From a virus, in the IMG/VR virus record IMGVR_UViG_3300028025_002789, positions 1 through 64,000 of that record: DNA of 64,000 nucleotides; one strand, given 5' to 3'. Under the pieces are notes generated by a model, which did no database searches, was not told where the DNA came from, and saw only the letters and a list, made by a program, of their open reading frames with translations. Shown here one piece after another: positions 5,868 to 12,263 of this stretch; the first letter of the stretch is position 1, and each line of letters begins with the position of its first letter. The position numbers and the translations under genes were made by a program.

Positions 5868-5889
5868 ATTACAAGCGACACGCTGTCGC

Positions 5890-6042
5890 TTATTCTGTGA
5901 CCTTAGTCACAGTAGGCAAGGAGATTAGATAGCGTAGGACACGCTTTCTATCTGCTACGGATAGCCCGTAGGTAGAGGTAACGCCACCGTTACGGTAGTC
6001 GTTCTCTATTTTCTCTAATAGAGTTTCTGTTAGTGTAGTCAT
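5890..6042 (-). CDS. hypothetical protein (50 aa), first gene of the leftward array
   Basis: Manual: MTTLTETLLEKIENDYRNGGVTSTYGLSVADRKRVLRYLISLPTVTKVTE; SD GAAAGGTGG. Confidence 0.65.
   Translation of the reverse strand: MTTLTETLLEKIENDYRNGGVTSTYGLSVADRKRVLRYLISLPTVTKVTE
5896..5911. promoter_or_regulatory. CRP/GlxR box (perfect)
   Basis: TGTGA-ccttag-TCACA. Confidence 0.75.
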
Positions 6043-6098
6043 TTTATGACCACCTTTCTTTTTTTAAGATTAACTATTTGTTAATTGCTTATAGTATA

Positions 6099-6120
6099 AG
6101 CCTAGCAGGGGGGACTGACA
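6099..6120 (-). promoter_or_regulatory. PafBC/RecA-NDp-type promoter
   Basis: TGTCAG-tcccccctgc-TAGGCT. Confidence 0.75.
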
Positions 6121-6177
6121 TTTTCAAGTCTCAAATCGGACATGTCGGACATTTTGTAAGTTAATTTTATAAATTAG

Positions 6178-6193
6178 CGTGAGATAGGTCACA
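6178..6193. promoter_or_regulatory. CRP/GlxR-like box
   Basis: CGTGA-gatagg-TCACA. Confidence 0.65.
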
Positions 6194-6287
6194 TTTATGG
6201 TCGCTCTATCCCATTTGTCCGTTTTTATAGATACGTGTATCGTACAAATAAAACCTATATTAACATTTTGGTAAATCTAAAAAATAG

Positions 6288-6316
6288 TTGACTGAAATAT
6301 TTTATATTAGTATAAT
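6288..6316 (+). promoter_or_regulatory. sigma-A promoter
   Basis: TTGACT-17-TATAAT. Confidence 0.8.
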
Positions 6317-6322
6317 ACAATA

Positions 6323-6430
6323 ATGGCTGCTAATCGAATCGTTATATGTGAGACATGTGGGCGGGAAATAGAAGTTAGATCAGGCTTTGCTCACATGACA
6401 CTTGCTCGTCATATGAAAGAACACAAATAA
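6323..6430 (+). CDS. 35-aa C2H2 zinc-finger mini-protein, leaderless
   Basis: Manual: MAANRIVICETCGREIEVRSGFAHMTLARHMKEHK; ATG 6 nt after the -10. Confidence 0.7.
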   Translation: MAANRIVICETCGREIEVRSGFAHMTLARHMKEHK

Positions 6431-6503
6431 GCTCTTATAGCCCAATGGCAGAGGCATACGACTTAAAATCGTACAAGTGTTGGTTCGAGTCCAACTAGGA
6501 GCA
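6431..6503 (+). tRNA. tRNA-Leu(TAA), short variable arm
   Basis: Cloverleaf; anticodon arm TACGA-cttaaaa-TCGTA; GGTTCGAGTCC. Confidence 0.88.
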
Positions 6504-6504
6504 C

Positions 6505-6578
6505 GGAGACATAGCTTAGTTGGTTAAAGCCCCAAACTCATAATTTGGTAATCGTAGGTTCGAGTCCTACTGTCTCTA
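6505..6578 (+). tRNA. tRNA-CAT (elongator Met or Ile2)
   Basis: Cloverleaf; CCAAA-ctcataa-TTTGG. Confidence 0.9.
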
Positions 6579-6598
6579 CAGATATTTTTCAAAAGCTA

Positions 6599-6735
6599 TT
6601 GACCTATCAAAATATTCCATGTTATACTAAAGGCTGGTTTGTGGGGGCTTACACTGGAAACTCAAATGTACTAAGTGTCTGCTTCTCTATCCTACATAAT
6701 TGATTTTAAATTATGGGGGGTAGGGGGGCTTTCCT
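6599..6735 (+). other. promoter plus structured G-rich non-coding element
   Basis: TTGACC-18-TATACT, then a 21-bp stem (6681-6729) with 5 G.U pairs and a G6-TA-G6 tract; no ORF. Confidence 0.45.
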
Positions 6736-6859
6736 AAAAATCTAAATCCCTAAGTATCAACTTAAATAATATATAATATATATAATACGAAAAAAATAAT
6801 TTTATTAACATTTACTATAATCTAATATTACAGTTGACTAGAATTAATTAAGGATATAT

Positions 6860-7498
6860 ATGACATCAGGGTTAGTTGATCTAAGCATAGCTAATGAGTT
6901 TGTCGACATTCAGAAAATACTAAAACCACAGCTATCCATAGAGGTAGGTGCATTTGACGCAGAGTTTTCACTAATGATGCTAGATAAGAATATATGCGAG
7001 AATATCTATGCATACGAAGCATCTAAGGACGTATATAATAAATTTAAAGCTTCACTATCTGGAATTGACTATACGAACCTTGCGATAACTAATTATAGCG
7101 GAACGGCAACACTTGAAATTGATCCAGATGTTAATGCTTCAGATAACGGATCTAATGGAATTAAAAATAAGCGAGAAGTTAAAAAATATAACTATCTAGA
7201 GGTAGAGTGTAATAGTTTAGATAATCTCCATACATCTGATGAAACAAATTGTTTATGGATAGATGTCGAAGGGGCAAATAAGGAAGTTCTTCTTGGAGCA
7301 GAAAAATTGCTGGAAAATACAGATAGTCTTTTTATAGAAACTGAAACTCATAATTATTGGCAGGAACAGTGGCTGCATAATGATGTAGTTAATTATCTAG
7401 CTAAATACAATTTAACTTTTTATAAATGGAAGAAACAACACACTAGCCAATATAACTGCATATTCATTAAGGATGATCTAATAAGTTTAATATCCTAG
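6860..7498 (+). CDS. FkbM-family SAM-dependent methyltransferase
   Basis: EVGAFDAEFS motif I, YAYEA, WIDVEGA. Confidence 0.85.
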   Translation: MTSGLVDLSIANEFVDIQKILKPQLSIEVGAFDAEFSLMMLDKNICENIYAYEASKDVYNKFKASLSGIDYTNLAITNYSGTATLEIDPDVNASDNGSNGIKNKREVKKYNYLEVECNSLDNLHTSDETNCLWIDVEGANKEVLLGAEKLLENTDSLFIETETHNYWQEQWLHNDVVNYLAKYNLTFYKWKKQHTSQYNCIFIKDDLISLIS

Positions 7499-7531
7499 TC
7501 GACTATAATAATTATCATATATAATTAAGGT

Positions 7532-7813
7532 ATGAAGTCGGAAAAAACGACGGATAGACAACACAGATCTTATTTGGTTAAATATATCCAAGAGATGAAG
7601 TCAAGTACTCCCTGTATGGACTGTAAGGAATCTTTTCCATACTATGTAATGGATTTTGACCATGTGCGTGGGCGGAAGCATAAGAATGTAATGGAACTTA
7701 TTCCTACATTGTCCAAGAAGAAGATAGATGAAGAAATAGCTAAGTGTGAGATCGTTTGCTCAAATTGTCATAGAGTCAGAACTCATACTCGTAAATCTAA
7801 TAAATCTAAATAA
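7532..7813 (+). CDS. HNH endonuclease-like protein
   Basis: CMDC...DFDHV...CSNCH. Confidence 0.8.
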   Translation: MKSEKTTDRQHRSYLVKYIQEMKSSTPCMDCKESFPYYVMDFDHVRGRKHKNVMELIPTLSKKKIDEEIAKCEIVCSNCHRVRTHTRKSNKSK

Positions 7814-7856
7814 TATCCTAGTTGACTAGAATATATATCTAATGTTATAATAAAAT

Positions 7857-7940
7857 ATGTTTGAATTTCTATTTATATCAGGATTGATACTGTTTAGTTT
7901 ATTAGTGGTTATTACTCTTATTATGGATATAATTAATTAA
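7857..7940 (+). CDS. 27-aa membrane peptide, leaderless
   Basis: MFEFLFISGLILFSLLVVITLIMDIIN after TTGACT-18-TATAAT. Confidence 0.5.
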   Translation: MFEFLFISGLILFSLLVVITLIMDIIN

Positions 7941-7948
7941 GGATGCGT

Positions 7949-8095
7949 ATGAAAAAGAAATTTGTAGGAATAATGGTTCTTATTGCGACAGCAATAGCTT
8001 TTGGAACATTTCTAGTTAATATTATTAAAAAGGCGGGACTCGAAGACATCTTTGACTTCGACCTAAATGAAGATATAGATGAAGAACTATTCTAA
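7949..8095 (+). CDS. 48-aa membrane protein with acidic tail
   Basis: MKKKFVGIMVLIATAIAFGTFLVNII...DIFDFDLNEDIDEELF. Confidence 0.6.
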   Translation: MKKKFVGIMVLIATAIAFGTFLVNIIKKAGLEDIFDFDLNEDIDEELF

Positions 8096-8168
8096 ACTTC
8101 TAGTTTGGTCAATATTGATCCTAATGCTTATATCTAGCTTATCTATGTTATCTGTTATATTGGAGTAA
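8079..8168 (+). CDS. 29-aa membrane peptide
   Basis: MKNYSKLLVWSILILMLISSLSMLSVILE. Confidence 0.4.
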   Translation: MKNYSKLLVWSILILMLISSLSMLSVILE

Positions 8169-8412
8169 ATTGGGAGATTCCCTTCTCCCGCCCGTTTCTG
8201 CCTTGATCGACCCGTAGGGTCATAATATGGCTAAAAGTGGCTTAGAGGGCCTACAGAGCAATTTAGAGGCATATTCTGGCAAATGGGGTAAAGAGAGAAT
8301 GTCTCTTCTCGCCGAAGCACTTTTTTCGGGCGCACTTTTAAATCGCACTATATAAGATTAATTATAGTAGACATTGCCATGTCCGCCGCAAAATAGTATA
8401 ATGATAATACGT

Positions 8413-8483
8413 TTCAGGTTCGTCTAATGGTCGGACCTCTGCCTCCGAAGCAGATAATGTTGGTTCGATTCCCGCACCTGAAG
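8413..8483 (+). tRNA. tRNA-Arg(CCG)
   Basis: TCTGC-ctccgaa-GCAGA; acceptor TTCAGGT/ACCTGAA; T-stem mismatch. Confidence 0.8.
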
Positions 8484-8490
8484 CCCACAT

Positions 8491-8563
8491 TGACCCATAG
8501 CTCAGTCGGTAGAGCGCAGAGCTGTTAACTCTGATGTCCCAGGATCGAGGCCTGGTGGGTCAG
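8491..8563 (+). tRNA. tRNA-Asn(GTT)
   Basis: CAGAG-ctgttaa-CTCTG; atypical T-loop ATCGAGG. Confidence 0.88.
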
Positions 8564-8630
8564 CGTAAAGCATAGATACCTTCTATGCGGAATAAGTAAA
8601 CTCAGACAGAGTTTATATTATGGAGGTAAT

Positions 8631-9296
8631 ATGAAAAAGAAAAATATTGTTGTTGTTCTATCTTTAGTTCTATCTTCAATAGTTTTTGTTCAACCATCAG
8701 CTAATGCAGAATGTACAGCTTCAGATCCTTGCGGAGTTTGGTCAGTAGTTGATTCATCTGGCACAATAACCAATAACATCGTTTGCCAGTCATCTGTTTG
8801 TGGCAGTGGCCGACTTGGAGACTTAACAGTAGTTCCTCAAGTTGCTGCAAATCCAATTACTAATGATACTACAGCACGAGGCGGTTCATGGGGTACATAT
8901 GATGCACCTACAGAAACTTTCACAATTGATAGAAGTGGTCCTGGATCAAATATTGAAACACAGTCTGAAACAGATGCATCTGGAGTTACTATATCTGTAG
9001 AGTCTCAACGAGCAGGGTATCAGTTTAAGTATTCAGACACCGTTCAGCCATCATACGAGTTAGATAGATCATACGAGAGATTCATTCCTCTACCAGAAAA
9101 TACTACGGCTAAGGTATCTGGAACCCAAAAGTATATTGATGAAGAAGAGAAAGAACAGACATACTCTGAGTCCTATACATTTAATAATAGACAAACTGCT
9201 GAAGAAGTAAACGTGGTTCTTGTTAGAGAAAGAATGAGACTGCTTATGGAGAATATAGATAGAATATTATCTAAGCTAAGTAAGTGGTTAAAGTAA
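8631..9296 (+). CDS. secreted hypothetical protein
   Basis: Signal peptide MKKK...ANA; SD GGAGG. Confidence 0.85.
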   Translation: MKKKNIVVVLSLVLSSIVFVQPSANAECTASDPCGVWSVVDSSGTITNNIVCQSSVCGSGRLGDLTVVPQVAANPITNDTTARGGSWGTYDAPTETFTIDRSGPGSNIETQSETDASGVTISVESQRAGYQFKYSDTVQPSYELDRSYERFIPLPENTTAKVSGTQKYIDEEEKEQTYSESYTFNNRQTAEEVNVVLVRERMRLLMENIDRILSKLSKWLK

Positions 9297-9311
9297 CAAT
9301 ATAAAGTTACT

Positions 9312-9385
9312 GCGGATGTTACATAATGGTAGTGTCTCTGCCTTCCAAGCAGATAGTGAGAGTTCGATTCTCTTCATCCGCTCCA
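9312..9385 (+). tRNA. tRNA-Gly(TCC) with encoded CCA
   Basis: TCTGC-cttccaa-GCAGA; 3' end TCCA. Confidence 0.9.
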
Positions 9386-9386
9386 C

Positions 9387-9458
9387 ATCTCTATAGCTCA
9401 GTGGAAGAGCAACAGGTTTCTACCCTGTGTGTCGGGAGTTCGAATCTCTCTAGGGATA
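9387..9458 (+). tRNA. tRNA-Arg(TCT)
   Basis: ACAGG-tttctac-CCTGT. Confidence 0.88.
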
Positions 9459-9464
9459 CAAAGT

Positions 9465-9552
9465 ACAAAACCCAATCAGAGGCGGATCCGATTGGGTTTT
9501 GTTGATCTTGCGATCATGTACTGGGAGCAAGTGGGATGCTACGACCAGTACT
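9465..9552 (-). ncRNA. candidate small RNA (about 88 nt, three hairpins)
   Basis: Own promoter TTGACT-17-TACAAT (9586-9558), no ORF, ends in a terminator. Confidence 0.6.
9467..9500. terminator. bidirectional terminator
   Basis: AAAACCCAATC...GATTGGGTTTT at convergent transcripts. Confidence 0.75.
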
Positions 9553-9604
9553 TATTAATTGTAAAATAATGTAGATATTAAGTCAACTACTTTTTAGATA
9601 TTTT

Positions 9605-9820
9605 TTATTCTTTTTCTTGATCAGGTGTATATGCTGGATTTGGGCCAAGCAGGTATCCTTTTTCATGATACTCAATCATCTTAGATGTTTTTTCAGAACC
9701 AGCTACCTTGTCTGATATTAGCGTAAGCATGTCATAGATTCTGTGTAGCATAATATAAGTAACCATTGGAAGATTCTCTTCTATAGTTCCATTTTCGTCT
9801 GGTGTATTATTCTCAGTCAT
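9605..9820 (-). CDS. hypothetical protein
   Basis: ORF in operon. Confidence 0.75.
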   Translation of the reverse strand: MTENNTPDENGTIEENLPMVTYIMLHRIYDMLTLISDKVAGSEKTSKMIEYHEKGYLLGPNPAYTPDQEKE

Positions 9821-9998
9821 TTGGTCTCCCTAAGTCTTCCCAAAATTTTTCTCTACCCATAGCGTCTTTTTCTGAAATACTACCGCCATCTGTCTGAATG
9901 CTTTCAAATAGAATTCCAGAAGCAAGGTTCGGCCCGATAACTAAATCTTTGTGTTCATCACATCGATTATTAAAATCTACACAAGCACAATCTTCCAT
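9813..9998 (-). CDS. hypothetical protein
   Basis: ORF in operon. Confidence 0.65.
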   Translation of the reverse strand: MEDCACVDFNNRCDEHKDLVIGPNLASGILFESIQTDGGSISEKDAMGREKFWEDLGRPND

Positions 9999-10207
9999 TA
10001 TAGACCCTCCTCAACTTTATTTTTAATTTTTTCATAAAAATCTACACCTAAATATTTTTTATAATCACAGGAAGTACAGTATAAATATATCTTATCTTCC
10101 CAGTCTAGGTTAGACATAAGAAGGCCCTGATCCATTGGACATTCAAGTCTAGGAACAAGGCCTTCTTCTGCTAATTGAAGGTATTTAGATACGTACTGTA
10201 TCCTCAT
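9998..10207 (-). CDS. Zn-ribbon-like hypothetical protein
   Basis: CPMD...CTSC. Confidence 0.75.
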   Translation of the reverse strand: MRIQYVSKYLQLAEEGLVPRLECPMDQGLLMSNLDWEDKIYLYCTSCDYKKYLGVDFYEKIKNKVEEGL

Positions 10208-10219
10208 TAACCTTCCTTT

Positions 10220-10777
10220 CTAATAAGAGAACTCATTTAAGAATTCTTTGAATCTTGCCCCGTTAAGGGAAGACCATGATGACCAATCGGTTCCGCCCTT
10301 AGTCATATAATACGTTATCTCTGAGTTTATTACTGGATCAAATAATAAGATATTTGACCTTAATTCAAATTTTTCTTTACGATCAATGCCGAGTTGTCCC
10401 AACATATTAATCTGAAAAATTCCGTAGGAACTGTCTCCAGTATTCCTGTTACCATTGTAAGCCATAGGCCTTGCATTGGATTCTGACTTAGCAATAGCCC
10501 AAGCCATTTTAAGGGCTTTTCCTTCAAAACCAACAGCTGATAAAAGTTCTTTTAGTTCTTTGTCTGTTAGATTCTCAGAAGGCTTGTACACAGTAGTGCT
10601 GTACTTCTCTAAGGTTTCTTTCTTTAGTTGTACCGTTGATTTAGGTGTTTCCACCGTCAATGCTTGAGTTACTGTTGGACCAGGCTGGACTGTAAACAAG
10701 AATAATGTTATCATTCCTATATAAGACCAGTTGTGAGCAACATCGCTCAAACGCTCTTTGATTCTCTCCATTGGCAT
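10220..10777 (-). CDS. membrane-anchored lytic transglycosylase/lysozyme-like protein
   Basis: N-terminal hydrophobic segment; AIAKSES, SYGIFQIN, WSSW motifs. Confidence 0.85.
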   Translation of the reverse strand: MPMERIKERLSDVAHNWSYIGMITLFLFTVQPGPTVTQALTVETPKSTVQLKKETLEKYSTTVYKPSENLTDKELKELLSAVGFEGKALKMAWAIAKSESNARPMAYNGNRNTGDSSYGIFQINMLGQLGIDRKEKFELRSNILLFDPVINSEITYYMTKGGTDWSSWSSLNGARFKEFLNEFSY

Positions 10778-10857
10778 TTCCTCCTTTAGAGATAACGAAC
10801 TATAATAGTAGCATTGTAATTAAGTTACTGTCAAGTCGGTCAACCAGAAAGAATTAA

Positions 10858-11868
10858 GTGGAATTATCTTATTATACTATTAGAGCAGGACTTAACCCTT
10901 CTGTTGGATTTGGCTATGCGGGACAAAATATAGTTAATACGCTGCAGGAATTAGGACATACTGTTAAATTTGCAAGCCCTAAAGCTCCAGTACAGATAAA
11001 CTTTACTCAACCACATCATTTTAAATTACATAAAGGACAGTATCAAATTGGTTATACTCCTTGGGAATCTACTTTAATTAGACCTGAGTGGAGAGATATA
11101 TTTAATCAATGTGATGAAGTTTGGGCTACATCAGATTGGACGGCAGAAGTATATAAAAATAATGGAGTTACTAAACCTATCTATGTATACCCTCACGGAA
11201 TTGAATCTTTATGGAAACCATATAAAAGAATTTTACATCCAGGAAAACCACTTAAGTTTTTACATATAGGAGAACCATCACCTAGAAAAGATGGACAACT
11301 AGTTGTTGATACATTTATAAAATTATTCGGTAATAATCCAGAGTACCACTTAACAGTTAAATGCCATGGGTCATCAACCATTAGAATATACAACAACAGG
11401 AAAGAACTCGTATCTCCAGACTCAGTATATAGTAATATATCGATAATTAAAGAAGAGTACTCAATAGAACAGTTAGTACAGATTTATCATATGCACCACG
11501 TTCTTGTTTATCCAAGCTGGGGAGAAGGTTTTGGCTTTATTCCGCTTCAAGGATTAGCTACTGGAATGCCAGTAATTTCAACTTATGATTGGGCTCATTA
11601 TCAGAAGTTTTTGGGGCCATTGAAGTTAAGGTCAAAACTAACAGATGCTTCAATTGACGGGGTTCCAAAAGCTGTTGGCGACGCACACCTAGGAAGTTTT
11701 TATCAGCCAGACAAGGATCACCTATCTGATCAAATGGTTGATGCAGCAATTAATTTTAAAGCCTACTCTTCATATTACTTTGCACAGGCTCAAAAAATAC
11801 ATGATGAGTATAACTGGAAAAATTTAACCACACAGGCATTTAGTAATATATTTGATAAATTCTCTTGA
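10858..11868 (+). CDS. glycosyltransferase, GT-B/GT4 type
   Basis: RKDG and PSWGEGFGFIPLQGLATGMPVI motifs. Confidence 0.9.
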   Translation: MELSYYTIRAGLNPSVGFGYAGQNIVNTLQELGHTVKFASPKAPVQINFTQPHHFKLHKGQYQIGYTPWESTLIRPEWRDIFNQCDEVWATSDWTAEVYKNNGVTKPIYVYPHGIESLWKPYKRILHPGKPLKFLHIGEPSPRKDGQLVVDTFIKLFGNNPEYHLTVKCHGSSTIRIYNNRKELVSPDSVYSNISIIKEEYSIEQLVQIYHMHHVLVYPSWGEGFGFIPLQGLATGMPVISTYDWAHYQKFLGPLKLRSKLTDASIDGVPKAVGDAHLGSFYQPDKDHLSDQMVDAAINFKAYSSYYFAQAQKIHDEYNWKNLTTQAFSNIFDKFS

Positions 11869-11915
11869 CTAAACTATTACTATTTGATAAGATAAAGACT
11901 TAATAAGGAGATAAA

Positions 11916-12263
11916 ATGGGAAAAGCAAGTTTTATGGTAGACGACTCAATGATTCCAGAAGATCAGATGGCAACTGACTTAGACACAAGGACAAAGATAC
12001 TAGGGCAATTTTACGTAAATAGAGAAAAGTTTCAAAACGCACAGGATATGTTTCAACAGAATGACGTTGGTATTCCTTACGCATTTTTAGTAGCATCTGG
12101 AATTACAATTATGATGGAAGAGTCATCTTCCTATATTAAAGATTCCTGGATAAATGTTTGTAAGTATCTAAGTATTGAGCCAAGGGGACTATATACTGAC
12201 ATCAATGACCTATTAGACATTTCTATTCTTTCTAAAAAAATTAAAGAAGAAGAAGTAGAGTAA
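11916..12263 (+). CDS. hypothetical protein
   Basis: ORF with TTGACT-17-TAAGAT promoter and SD AGGAG. Confidence 0.8.
   Translation: MGKASFMVDDSMIPEDQMATDLDTRTKILGQFYVNREKFQNAQDMFQQNDVGIPYAFLVASGITIMMEESSSYIKDSWINVCKYLSIEPRGLYTDINDLLDISILSKKIKEEEVE

Noticed and set aside
880-6200. Intergenic repeats read as a CRISPR array or attC integron cassettes
   Set aside because: Repeats are degenerate, irregularly spaced and separated by whole genes; no cas or integrase gene is present; they resolve into promoter and TF motifs.
9387-9458. Amber suppressor tRNA (CTA in the loop) implying genetic recoding
   Set aside because: The 7-nt loop TTTCTAC centres on TCT (Arg), and genes read intact in the standard code with TAG used as a stop.
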